The notes under the pieces were generated by a model. That model did not search any database, had not been told where the DNA came from, and worked only from the letters and a program-made list of their open reading frames with translations. A program made the position numbers and the translations under genes. DNA of 64,000 nt, from the NCBI GenBank assembly GCA_973895155.1, contig OZ316896.1:496001-560000 (forward strand). The letters run 5' to 3'. Position 1 is the first letter of the stretch. Each line of letters opens with the position of its first letter. Source of the stretch: Marsupella aquatica (Eukaryota; Plantae; Marchantiophyta). Below, piece after piece: positions 36,564 to 49,284 of the stretch.

Positions 36564-38385
36564 CTAAGTGCGGATCAGAGCAAGACGCACCGCACAAGTA
36601 CGAAGACCGATGCATGGCGTCGTGTCTCGCAATGTGTGATACCGTTGCCAAATGATTTCAGCAAGATTTCGGCCGAAATGTGCTCCCAAGAGATCGCTGA
36701 ACAACGCTTTCCACATGCCTGATATCTGTCTAGACAGGTCAGCGGCTTCTGCCCCAGCTGATGCTGCCGCGACTACATCGGCTTTCAGTTCAACTTCTAC
36801 TGTTTCGGCTCTCACGACATTGAACATAGAACCGCAATATGCTAGAGCGTCTGTTAGATCTTCCATGCTTCGGTTGTACATTGGAAGGTTGAATGCATCA
36901 CGTTGCTGTTCAGTCACGAGACCCTGCGCAGATACATGTATGCAATGGATTGTATTTTCACATGCTGCAAAGGTCACTTCAAAACTCTGAGCTGGATTTC
37001 ACTGAATCTTTAATCGACAACTATTAATTGTTCAGCTCAAATATATAGAGAAGCCCCCGGCATATGGAATTTCGGAACAGGACTCTACAAGAAAGACCTT
37101 TCGACATAGCCCCATCCTAGCTAAAATTCACATAATTGGGTGATGTGCATACCTCGGCAACCAGATCAGTCAAGACCTCATCAAGCTCCGCTATAAATTT
37201 CTCCATAACATCGTTCGATGGCTCGTCTGGGCCGGAGGTTGATCTCCCGTAGCATAAGACGAACAACAATCCTCCTGAAACGAGCTCTGCTGCCCTAGCT
37301 AAGAGAAAGTTCTTCAAATCCAAGAGAGCTTGCTTCTGGTATGCTTTTGCCACAGCTGAACGCGAATGTATTATCCATGTCTTGCCTCTGTTATATGCTG
37401 CAGACTCGTTGTGGAGGATCGCATCAGGGATCTGCAAACGACAACGTTTCTGTCGTAAAGTAGTCGAAGTTTAATCAAGAACTAACTAAGCAATCAATTT
37501 GATTTTGAGATTGACAATGCTCAGTTGCCTCACTAACAGTCCATAATGCAGATAATTTGCATGAAGAATAAGCACGCATTTTTACTCGTGGGGTCCTCTT
37601 ACCGGGCCTCTTACTTTGCTGAAGACATGCTCAATTAGTATTGTTTGTATTTGAATCGTTGTGCTCTATATTTCTGTCAGTCACTATATCTCAAACCTTT
37701 ATAGACATGTACACGAAAATCTACATGGGTCCAGCACAGAAGTTCTATGGGCGCTCCACGACCTAGGCCGTAGTTAGCGTAGGACCGTGAAGGTCACGAG
37801 CGTAAGCGAATATTTAACGAACATATATTGATGAGAATGACATACCGTAGATAACCAATGTAGACTGTATGAGGAGTAGAAGATATGAACAGATGAATCA
37901 GGAAAAAGACGGTTATAAAAAGACCCCGGCACACCAGCTGCGTAGAAATTCTTGGCTCTGCTATCATCGCTCAACAACTGGAATAGATTGTTGAAGTCGT
38001 TCGATGGCAGATCGTTGAAATAAGCCTGGAACGTCGCATCTTCGGGCAGGCGTTTTCTCAACTTGCCAAATATATCTGCTACGACGTCGATTGAGTTAGG
38101 ACCCGAAGAGCTTCCGAGATCAGCGGCAACTACGGGGCGCCCGTCAGAGGGAAGAATAACTTTCTCAAGCGCGTCATGCAGAGCTCCCTCCAGCACCCTG
38201 GCGAGAGCCAATTGAATCTTCGAGTTGCGACTGTAACTGTCCTCCCCGTCGCCTTTGACCATGGAGAAAAGTTTCTGCTTAGAATTACCGAGAGTAGCTG
38301 TCCTCGAGTAATCGTCCGCGTCTGATCCATCGTTAGTGCTTCGCACATCTGCCGGCACATCCATGCGTGGACGGCTAGACGACAT
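36564..38385 (-). CDS. SABATH-family SAM-dependent carboxyl methyltransferase, copy 1 (392 aa)
   Basis: Exons 38385-37846, 37431-37153, 36923-36564 (phase 0, GT-AG). Motifs MVKGDGEDSYSRNS, AADLGSSSGPN, YFNDLPSNDFNNLF, GVPGSFYNRLFP, YSSYSLHWLS, FLLARAAELVSGG, DAFNLPMY. Confidence 0.93.
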
Positions 38386-38844
38386 TTCCTGCCTCACTGG
38401 CTTTCTCCTTACAACAATTGGAGTCTACTCAACGCTAAAATTCTTCCTCACGAATAGGAGGAATGGCGAGCGTTTCCTGGTGTAGTTAGTAGTCTTTAGA
38501 GAAATTGCGAATCGGGCACTATCCTCTAATCGATCATGCTTTGGGGTAGGATGAGAATGTAGAAAAAAGTCCTTCTACCGAATGAATTACTGAATAATGA
38601 ATGACAAAACGGCATTAAATAGGCTGCAGTATACTAACCCAGCAAATGAGCACCCAGTGGGCCGGATTCGAAATTAATAATCTATAGGCAAATGGCCAAA
38701 ATTTGCCAAGTACTCCCTCAGGATTGACTCGTGCTACTTGAACAAAGAGAATTAAAGAAAAACATTGAAAACGTTCGCCAAATTTTGAGGAGACAGGTTT
38801 GCACTAAGGACAATTATGAGAGTTGACATTAATGGCTAGACACT

Positions 38845-39741
38845 ACCGCAGGTTAAATCTACACCGGGTCAATGCTCCCTGATTGTCCTGGGCCCCGTAC
38901 ACTGCCCATCCCAGTCCCCGATGTTGCTGCCCTCTCCGGACCGAGTTTGCCAGAACATAAACTAATATTCTATCATTTTTTCACCTGCTCCGGCCCGATT
39001 AACATTCATTGTGCCATTGACTTCTTCCTTGTGTTTTGGCACCCTTCACCTTTTGTCGCTCGCTCCAGGTTTATGTTTTGACTTCAGGTTTATGTTTTGG
39101 CACGTACCCTTCACCTTTTGTCTCTCGTTCCAGGCCTATCAACTTTGTGCCATCAACTTCTTCCTTGTGGAGTTGTGGCTTATGTTCTGGCAACATTTTT
39201 GTCCAACAAAGTCATGCCCCGCTAGGGAGTCGTGCTTGCTTCGTGACAAAGTCTAAGTGTTGAAGTACAGCCTAGTACTTTGGTTAGGAAGTATGATTGA
39301 TAGAGTCTTGGTCGCTATTCTGCCAAATGTTTCTTCTCTATGGAGTTGTGGTTCATGTTTTGGCAGCACTTCTTTTCAATGGAGTCATCTTTGTTTCATA
39401 ATAAAGTCTAAGTGTTCAGGCAGTACTTTGGATAAGAGTCATGGTTAATGATAGAGTATTGGTTTATGTTATGGTAAACTTGGGCCGGAGCAAGCAACAA
39501 AAATGGGGACTTGGGCCGGAGCGGGCGAAAGCAAGTGAAGGGTGCCAGAACATAATTAAAACTCAAAGTCGATGGCACAAAGTTGTTCGAGCCGGAGCAA
39601 GTGACAAAATGGTAGAGTATTAGTTTATGTTCTGGTAAACTCGGGCCGGAGGGGGCAGCAACATCGGGGACTGGGACGGGCAGTGTACGGGGTCCCAAGA
39701 AGATCGGGGAGCATTAATGCGGTGTAGATTTAATGCTCGGT
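38845..39741. mobile_element. Non-autonomous Mutator-like DNA transposon (897 bp) with long TIRs
   Basis: 9-bp TSD CTAGACACT at 38836-38844 and 39742-39750. Imperfect inverted termini of ~200 bp (ACCG..TTAAATCTACACCG...CCCCGTACACTGCCC.TCCCAGTCCCCGATGTTGCTGCCC) and no transposase ORF. Confidence 0.88.
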
Positions 39742-39780
39742 CTAGACACTCCCTGCCAAGGCTCTTAGTGCCTGAATCTC

Positions 39781-39946
39781 AACTTCTAACGCCTGAATCT
39801 CCAGAGTGCTTGCACTAAGGACAACTTTTGCCCTGCTGGTAATCACACATCAAAATGTGGTAAACTTCTAACGCCTGAATCTCCAAAGTGCTTGCACTAA
39901 GGACAACTTTTGCCCAGCTGGTAATCACACATCAAAATGTGGTAAA
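39781..39946. repeat. 83-bp tandem duplication
   Basis: AACTTCTAACGCCTGAATCTCCA...AATCACACATCAAAATGTGGTAAA occurs twice. Confidence 0.88.
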
Positions 39947-40017
39947 TGTGCTAATATGCAATCATTTAATGTCATGCATCATGTCATATTTTGATGTGCA
40001 CTTACAGGCGGGCTTAC

Positions 40018-40120
40018 AGGGACCCTAACGATACTAAAGTCTAGTCACTCCCTCCCAAGGCATGTCCAGGGCCCTAACGATACTAAAGTCTAGTCACTCC
40101 CTCCCAAGGCATGTCCAGGG
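40018..40120. repeat. 49-bp tandem duplication
   Basis: CCCTAACGATACTAAAGTCTAGTCACTCCCTCCCAAGGCATGTCCAGGG occurs twice. Confidence 0.9.
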
Positions 40121-41057
40121 TCCTTGCACTACGGACAACTTTTGGCAGTTCACATTAATCTCTAGTACCCTCCCAACCACAAGTACGAGTGACAAGGGTC
40201 AAGGCCTCAAGGGGCTCCAAGTTACCCAGAGTCCCCATAAACTCCTTCATCAGGTCACTCAATACATCGGGGAATGGTAAACAAATGAGAGTGAAGAGCA
40301 AACAATGAGTGAACACCCTCACTAGATGACATTTTAAGCTGAAAAAGAGAAAATAAAGCAAAGAAAGTGAATAGTAAAACAAAGAAAAGTCAACTAGTGA
40401 ACCAAAGAGAACCAGTGAAAACCTACATTAAACGACAAAAGAGAAAACAATAATGAAGGAGCTCTAGTTTGATTCTTAATTTACACTTAATCTGCACATA
40501 TGACAAAAAGGTAGGCAGCCGCACTCCCTCATAGAGCCGAGTAAAAACAAATATTTTTTTCTTTCTGTACAAAAACATATCCTACCTCAACAGCCCATGA
40601 GAAATTTTAAGGATATTATGTACTCAACTTCTCATTCATGGAGTGAAAGCTAGGTCCAGAAAGGATAAACTATGTTTTATCTATAAAGGCAAGTAGATAA
40701 ACTAAAATTTATTGATAAATGAGTTTTATCGATGAAACAATTCATTATTACTAAAATTGGTTTATGAATAAGCCTACTTTTGACCTATGGATTATTGATG
40801 AACTCTTTAAACTCATTTATCTATACCCTATTTTCCATGACATATCTTTGGCTAGGGGCTTCCACAACATATGCAATTTAGCAAATTTGGTCACAGTTTT
40901 CTCTACCTAGTACAGACTCTGATGACAATATGCTTAAATTGTTGAGGTGTGGGTTGTTTCGATGTTTGGCTAAAATAATTCATAATGAGTTAAAATTAGG
41001 GGAACAAAAATCCAATGCGCACTGAGCCAATGTAAAAATTTAGCCACTCGTTACTTG

Positions 41058-42052
41058 CTTTTTTTCTTGAAAGGAGCACTTTACTTATGTGAAAAGTAAA
41101 ACCCAATAAAACGACCGGGCGTAACAGGCCAGATCACATGCGATCAAAAGGCCAGGAGACCACCCAGAGACCAAACACGTTCAGTCACGAGGGTACAGAA
41201 TAACAGGATACACTACTGGTGAAAAAGAAACAGACTTCACCAAACTAAGCAACTACAAACAAACAAATAAGAGGGAGCTGACTCAGCCAAAGGAGCAGGA
41301 AGAGAACCGGCATATAACTGATAACTGAACAACTGTCCAAAAGCGAAGATCCAAATAAAAGGATCAACTATTTGCCAAGACAAAGACTAGCAACTAATCA
41401 GCATGGACGAAATAAAAGCAAAAGTCCAGGTGAGCTCAAGGTACGTGGATCAAAGGCCCACCAAGGGCGATAATCAATCACCAGGTCACCATTGACCACA
41501 CTGAATAAACCACCATTACGGCCAAAATCTCGCACCAACATCCCCGTCAGCATCGTCATAGGGCAGCTGTTTAACATTTTTAACTTCTTCAACCCACTAC
41601 ACCAAGTAATTTTTATGTAAGACGAATCTCCATCCAGATTTTAAGACGTATGTTGCATTCAGAAACCCGCACTGCTTCCCGATCCAATGTACATCGAGCT
41701 TTCCAAATTTGCCAGTTGGTGATGCCATGAATCAAATGCCAAAGCTTAAGTGGAACACTGTTACTGCGAGAGGGCGGAACTCCAAGAATAGCATGGATGA
41801 TATCAAAACAGAATGGTGGAGCATTGGGTTTTAAGGATCTGTTAACCAAATTTTTAACCCATAACCAAATCCACTGAGATTCAGGACATGCCCATTGGCA
41901 GTGGAAAATATCTTCATGTGAATTTCCTTCACATCGACTGCACCACCAAGAATCATCATTGCGGGAGAAGGGAATGATTGTGCCATCTTCTCTTCTTTTA
42001 GTAGACCTGCACCCAATATAATATTTCTTGGCATTGATACTATCTACTAATT
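41058..42052 (-). mobile_element. 5'-truncated L1-clade LINE (ORF2 C-terminus plus 3' UTR)
   Basis: 15-bp TSD GCCACTCGTTACTTG at 41043-41057 and 42053-42067, with a short A tail (T run at 41059-41065 on +). zf-RVT-like CSRC...EDIFHCQWACPESQWIW and W..WQIWKARC motifs in ORF 41613-42077. Confidence 0.88.
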
Positions 42053-42103
42053 GCCACTCGTTACTTGTCATGCGCATAGTTAAATGGCACTACGGTACAA
42101 GAG

Positions 42104-42288
42104 TGTAGGGGCTGTAAGAGCCCTCTAATTGTGGTACGCCCAGGTAGAGAGACAACCATTATGCCCCAGGTACGAGGTATTTAACTTCTACGGTAGAAGT
42201 GCGTAGGGGCTGTACGAGCCCCTCTAATTGTGGTACGCCCAGGTAAAGAGAATCATTATGCCCCAGGTAGGAGCTATTTAACTTCTTT
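42104..42288. repeat. ~99-bp tandem duplication
   Basis: GTAGGGGCTGTA.GAGCCCCTCTAATTGTGGTACGCCCAGGTA...CATTATGCCCCAGGTA...TATTTAACTTCT occurs twice. Confidence 0.85.
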
Positions 42289-42400
42289 TATTAACAAGGT
42301 ACATTAAGGTTGAGGAGGAGGTGAGACTGTGCTTCAGAGGGGAGAGACCAAAGAAGGTACGCAGACCCTGCATCAAAAGTGTGTGCAGGTACTAGTGGTA

Positions 42401-42826
42401 CAAAGGCGTGACATTTTCATTTAAAGAGTCACTATACATGACAAAAACATGTTTATATTAGATTTCATGTACTTTTTTAGTTTCAAATTGTAGAATTTTT
42501 AGAACAAACTCTCACATTTTATCGTTTTTTAGTACCTTTTTTTAGTACTAAATTGTAACATTAGTCTAACAAAATCGCAACACTTCTCTTTTAATATGAC
42601 CAACAGTGGTTTGCGAAAGCTGCAAAGGTGTGACATTTTCATTTAAAGAGTCACTAGACATGACAAAAACATGTTTATATTAGATTCCATGTACTTTTTT
42701 AGTTTCAAATTGTAGAATTTTAGAACAAACTCTCACATTTCATCATTTTTTAATACTAAATTGTAACATTAGTCTAACAAAATCGCAACACTTCTGTTTT
42801 AATATGATCAACAGTGGTTTGCGAAA
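42401..42826. repeat. ~220-bp AT-rich tandem duplication
   Basis: CAAAGG.GTGACATTTTCATTTAAAGAGTCACTA...CAACAGTGGTTTGCGAAA occurs twice. Confidence 0.9.
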
Positions 42827-44353
42827 TGAATGCTCTTTCACTTTGGCTGGACATGTGCCTTTGGGAAGAAGCCATGCTCGTCAGTTTAGTCACTAGCTTC
42901 AATAGTGAGTAAAATAAGGGAAGACTTCCTTTTCTTCCTGTTAATCACCGACTTCAATTTAGAGATTGTTTTTGAGGATGCGATATGGCGGGACACTCTT
43001 TGGCTATCTTGTCTCATTCAATTTGATTGAAATGTATTTTTATGTTAAATCTGGCCTAGTCTATGCTTTAGCCATTAGAGTTTAGCCATTTTTGGCAACC
43101 CCTTTAATTTATTTTTATTTCATTAGTTTTTGACAGGTACTCTATATGTTTCTTAACATTTTGACGGACATATTTCCTTACTTGCATGAGAAGGTTAGAC
43201 CCTTCAACCAAGAAACTAGTATACTATTCATTATGAGTGCACCTCATATGCCATTGGTTATAAAATTTACATGGTTTATTGATGAACAGGTGTCACCTAA
43301 ATAGAGAGCCCAAAAATTAAAAAAGACCAAAGTTCAGGTTCTCCTCTTTGAATCATAAAATGCTCTACCTATACAAATGTATTGACTAGTCCTTTGAAAT
43401 TAATGTATATATCTTAAAGTATTGTACTTTCTCACTTTAAAAAAGGTGTGTAATTTTTTCATTAATTTTCTTATAAGCATTCTTTTAATACTTTTTTTTT
43501 GTAAACTAGTCAAATTAAAATGTCTCTTCCCGTAAAACTTTATGGTAATTGTTTCAATTATTTTAGATAAATCAAAGTAGGCATGTAGTAGGAGAACATG
43601 CTATATGAGTAATATAAGGGAAGACTTCCTTTTCTTCCTGTTAATCACGACTTCAATTTAGAGTGAAATGGGGAAAGAGTGTTCAAATTGGTGAAATCAA
43701 AGCACACCAGTGTAGTTCAGTGGGTAAATGTAGCACGCAAGCAAACAGAAAAATGATTACTGTTATTAAAGAAAACCCCACTTCAGCAGAGCTAGTTCCT
43801 AGCTGGCCAAAACCTGGTTATCAAATTCCACTTTTGGTAGTACTCCTTAATAGTAGTACCAACTTACTAGTCATTTGGAGTCTGACAAACACACTCAAAT
43901 ATAAAAGGCAGCAAAAATGAAAAAAAAAAACCACTAGTGACTAGCTAACAACATTCTACTCGCTATCCAAGTTTGCATCATACAACACACCTCAGTTCTG
44001 CAGCCTAGATTTTTTTCGCCAATTCAAGAATCTCCACTAGTCAACTGGCACGAAATATAATGCCCTACTAAACTATGGTTCGATTATGATTTGACAAAAT
44101 AACATCTCAACTGAGTTAGCATCGAGGGGACACCTGACATTGCGCTAGAAAACTTGCCTCGCGCCAAAGCATTTGCAAATCCAAACATCGACCGATTCAG
44201 CATTTGCAAATCCAAACATAGACCGATTTGCGGACTTGCGGAGCTTCCCAGTTGCGGCTTAAATTTCCCTTCACCGATGGGGTTCCCATCGTGTACACAG
44301 GCCCCAGGCACGGCCGTCAAATCCCTGGTTTAGTGGTTCGTGGCCGCTAACCC

Positions 44354-46302
44354 CTAAGTGCGGATCAAAGCAAGACACATCGCACAAGTATGAACAATGC
44401 GTGGCGTCGTGTCTCGCAATGTATCATACCGTTGCAAAATGATTTCAGCAACATTTCGGCCAAAATGTGCTCCCAAGAGATCGCTGAACACAGCTTTCCA
44501 CATGGCTGATACCTGTCTAGACAGGTCAGCGGCTTCTGCCCCAGCCGATGCTGCCGCGACTACTTCGGCATTCAGTTCAATTTCTATTATTTCGGCTCTC
44601 ACGACATTGAACATAGAACCGCAATATGCTAGTGCGTCTGTTAGATCTTCCATGCTTCGGCTGTAGAGTGGAAGATTGAATGTATCACGTTGCTGATCAG
44701 TCACGAGACCCTGCGCAGATGCATGTATCATGTATTGCAATGCATTGTAATATCACGTCCTGCGAAAGTCACGTCAAATATTGGAACTGAAATTTCACTG
44801 ACTCTTTAGTCTTTAATCTACAACTATTCGTTGGTGAGTTCAATAGAGAAGCCCCCGCCACACGGAATTTCGGGAATTTACAATTTGGTCATACTAACTT
44901 TACATGCAGTCTTTCCAGGCTAATTCAGGTCCTCGCTAATGATCACACGTAACAGAGCTCACCACTATGTATTGCTCTCGTTGCATTAGACATCATTCAG
45001 GACTCTACAAGAAAGACCTTTCGACAAAGCCCAATCCTTACTAAAATCCACATAAATGCGTAAGGTGCATACCTCGGCAACCAGATCAGTCAAGACCTCA
45101 TCAAGCTCCTCTATAAATTGCTCCAGAGGATCGTTCGATGGCTCGCCTGGCCCGGAGGTTGATCTCCCGTAGCAGAAGACGAATAACAACCCTCCTGAAA
45201 CGAGCTCTGCTGCCCTAGCTAAGAGGAAGTTCTTCAAATCCAAGAGAGCTTGCTTCTGATATGCTTTTGCCACAGCTGAACGCGAATGTACTATCCATGT
45301 CTTCCCTCTGTTATATGCTGGAGATTCGTTGTCGAGGATCGCATCAGGGATCTACAAACGACAACGTACCTTTCTGTCGTAATGTAGTCGAAGTTTAATC
45401 AAGAACTAACTAATCAATCAATTTGATTTTGAGATTGACACTGCCCATAGTTGCCTCACTGACAGTCCATAATGCAGGTAATTTGCTTCAAGAATAAGCA
45501 CGCATTTCACTCGTGGGGTCCTCTTACTTCGATGAAGACATGCTCACTTAGGTTTGTTTATATTTAAATCGTTTGGCTCTATATTTCTGTTAGTCACCAT
45601 ATCTCAAACTTTTATAACCATGTACACGAAAATCTACATCGTCTCAACACAGAAGTAAGTTCTATGGGCACTCCACGACCGAGGCCCTAGGGTACGACCG
45701 TGAAGGTCACGAGCGTAAGCGAATATTCAACGAACATAATTATATTGATGAGAATGACATACCGTAGATAACCAATGTAGACTGTGAGAGGAGTAGAAAA
45801 TATGAACAGACGATTCAGGAAAAAGACGGTTATAAAAAGACCCCGGCACACCACATGCGTAAAACTTCTTGGCTCTGCTATCATCGCTCAACAACTGGAA
45901 TAGATTGTTGAAGTCATTCGATGGCAGATCGTTGAAATAAGCCTGGAATGTTGCATCTCCAGGCAGGCGGTTTTTCAACTTGCCAAATATATCTGCTACC
46001 GTGTCGATTGTGTTAGGACCCGACGAGCTGCCGAGATCAGCGGCAACTACGGGGCGTCCATCAGAGGGAAGAATAACTTTCTCAAGGGCGTCATGAAGAG
46101 CTCCCTGCAGGACCCTGGCGAGGACCGATTGAATCTTCGAGTTGCGACTGTAACTGTCCTCCCCGTCGCCTTTGACCATGGAGAAAAGTTTCGGAGCAGA
46201 ATTACCGTGAGGAGCTGTGCTCGAGTACTCGTCCTCGTCTGATCCATCGTTAGTGCTTCGCACATCTTCGGGCACATCCATGATTGGACGGCTCGACGAC
46301 AT
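44354..46302 (-). CDS. SABATH-family methyltransferase, copy 2 (391 aa)
   Basis: Exons 46302-45763, 45351-45073, 44710-44354. Same motifs and intron positions as copy 1; YSSHSLHWLS. Confidence 0.93.
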
Positions 46303-46714
46303 TTCCTGCTTAGCTTTCTCCTTACAACAATTGGAGTCTACTCAAGCGCCAACAAATCCGGCAACAAATACATTCTTCTTCTTTCCTCCCAGAGTTATCG
46401 TCACGAATATGAGGAATGGCGGGTGTTTCTTGGTCTACTGACAGTCCTCAGAGAAATTGCGAAATCGGGGCACTCTCCTCTTTGTCCTTCTAATCGATCA
46501 GAGTTTGGGGTTGAGGATGTGCACGCAAGGCAGTAGTGCGTTGCTTTGTGGGGAGGATGGGCTGAAAAAGATGCAAGGAACATTTCTTCATCACATTTCC
46601 CATATTCTTGTCTTTGTGGGCAGGCTGGGTCGAAGACGACGGTCCAAGGACTGTTTCTTATCAGATTTGCCTACATTATATTCCGACGCTCAGATATCCC
46701 CGAATCGAATTTGC

Positions 46715-47030
46715 GGATGACCATAGGATTCTGGCTACTGGGGTTCTATGCCTAGGTGGTCAAAAGGCTAGTGCGAGACCCAACTCCTAGACACTTTTCG
46801 CCACAAGTGGCCAAAACGTTTTGTGAGAGGTGAATATTTTATAGCGTAGTTTCCTAGATTATTGTCTGACCCTCATATTTAAGTAGATTTTAAGGATGAC
46901 CGTTAGATTGTGATGACTCTGGTCTGACCCTCATATTTAAAACATCATATTTAAGGATGACCCTTAGATTCTGGTGAAGGGGGTCTCTTCCTAGGTTGAC
47001 AGGCTATTGGGAGACCCTTAACCTGCCCAC
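46715..47030. repeat. Dispersed degenerate repeat upstream of SABATH copy 2, related to 52380-52800 and 53400-53640
   Basis: Recurrent TCTGACCCTCA...TTTAAGGATGACC.TTAGATTCT and GACCCAA..CCTAG.CACTTT..GCCA.AAGTGGCCAAAAC motifs. Confidence 0.7.
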
Positions 47031-49128
47031 TTTTTGCCAAAATTGTCCAAATGTTGCTGGAAAGGTGGAATGTACTGTAGCTAGTTTATTTTGTCGAAAG
47101 TGTCCAAATGTTGTTGCAACGGTGGAATACACTCTAGCTAATATATTTTGTCAAAAGTGGCTAAAACGTTTAGGAGAGTGCAATCTAGCCAGTTTTGTCA
47201 CCAAAAAATATGGTGGCGCGCTCATGCTACGAAGCACTCTCTTCATTTCACTCACTAGCTTCAATAGTGAGTAAAATTAGGGAAGAAGACCCTGCTTCAT
47301 TTCATTCACTAGGCAGCAGGAAAATGAGGGAAGAAGCCATTCTTTTCATTTTATTAATCACTATTTCAATATGTCATTTTATTTACTAATTTCAGTACCT
47401 TCAGTAGTAAAATGAGGGCCAAATGAGGGAAGAAGCCATTATCTTCATTTTACTGACTAGCTTCAATATGGAGTCAGATAAGCCAGGGTAGACGTCCTTT
47501 TCTTCCTATTAGTTACTAGGCAGCTTGAATTTGAAGTAAAATGGGGAAGGAGTGTTCAGACCCCTGAAATCAAAGAACAGTACTGCAGATGGGTGGGCAA
47601 TTGTAATAGTATCATAAGTTCAAAAATCTCACTTCTCTAGCAAAGTTAGTCCCTAGCTTGCCAAAACCTGGTTAGTAAGTAAAATCTAGTTTTGGGACTC
47701 CTCCTTTGCATGGCACCCATCTGGAGTCAAGTGTACTCAAAATATGTCAGTCAAAGTATGCACTGTCTAAACCCATTCGATCTACATAGATCCCACAAAA
47801 TGGAAGCAGTTGACTCAGACCCAAACCACTCCTGTGGGTCTACATAGAAAGCCAAGTCAACAATATATGGAGTTTGAAACTAAGAGTATCATGACTGCTC
47901 ATGGTCTAAATAGATGACTGGACTGAGCTTAGACCCAAACAGTCAATCACTCAACCAGGTTTTTAGATTGACTGTTGGACTAAGTTCACTCACCTATATA
48001 ATAAAGAGAGCTCAGAGTCACAATGCACTCTGAATGTCTTTCACCACTCGATCTTGAGTCTCTCAAACTTGTTGGTTTTTGGTTTCTCCATTCACAGGTT
48101 ATGGGCCCACTCTTGCTAGGTTCCATTTCACGTTTGAAGAAAGATAAGTTAGACAAATGATAGTCACCTGATCAGTGATTTCTATGTACTAGAGCTAGAT
48201 TATAGTTACACATTCAAGATGGCAACCTCACAGATTGCAGATTCAATTCTCTCATCGGACTTTCCCATTCTCTCACCATCGGACTTTCTGATAGAAGTCC
48301 GATTGTCTATATCCGATACTATTAAAATGACATGTTGCTATGCTAGTAGTATCGGATATATGGTTTTTCAAATTTTATTTTACAAAGGCGTCCGATGTGG
48401 AGAGAATCGGAAAAAGGGGGTAAAATGTACTAGTATATATGACATATATTGTGTAGCACATCCCTCCATACCATGATAAACCTAGTTATTTTCTCTAAAT
48501 AAATGAGTGTACACTTAAATTCCCACATTCTAATATGTGATTGCTAGGAGTGCAAAGGTATATTATCACATTTTGATGTGTTATGAACCTGTTTATCTTA
48601 TTTAAATCAATGAATGCACACTTAGATTAACACATTTTGATATGTGATCGTGCACAGGTATATTATCACATTTGGATATGTGATTGCTAGAGGGGGAGAT
48701 TAGGGTGTGAAGGTGTACTCTCTAAGAGCATCCGCACCGGTGCCTGCCAAAAGGCATCGGGCTTGCAAAAGCCTGCTTTTCCAGGTCCCGGTAATTTTCC
48801 GTGTTGCACCAGTCGCTGCTATAGCTAAACGGTTTTCAGGTCTCTGGCTATACTCGTTTGCCGACTGCTATATCGGCCCCCTTTGGCAGTCTGAAAACCA
48901 CGTTTGGCAGTCCTTGGAAAACCCATCTACGATCCAAAGCCTGCCACTTGTCCACATCCTACGTGCAAGCAAACCTTCCCCCGTGAATATGAATTCTGGC
49001 GCGCGTACCTGCAGGCAGCAGCAGATGTCGATGCACGTTTTCCCTGTAGCTTGACAGAGCTCTGGTCGCATCGAGAGGTCGTGGTACCATCAACAGCTCA
49101 AAGATCTGCACTCCAATCGTGTGTAGAA

Positions 49129-49258
49129 ATGGCCCAACGGGGCAAGAACTTCAGTCCACTTGAATTAAAACAGCTATGCTATTCCTACTTGGAGATATCC
49201 CAAGACCCTTGTGTTGGTAGTGGGCAAAAGAGAGAGAATTTCTGGGAGAGACTTTCTG
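49129..49258 (+). pseudogene. Truncated Harbinger Myb/SANT-like ORF
   Basis: MAQRGKNFSPLELKQLCYSYLEISQDPCVGSGQKRENFWERL matches the L..AWL..S.DP..G..Q....FW..I pattern and ends at the deletion junction. Confidence 0.8.
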
Positions 49259-49284
49259 GTACAAAGACTTTCGGTACAAAGACT

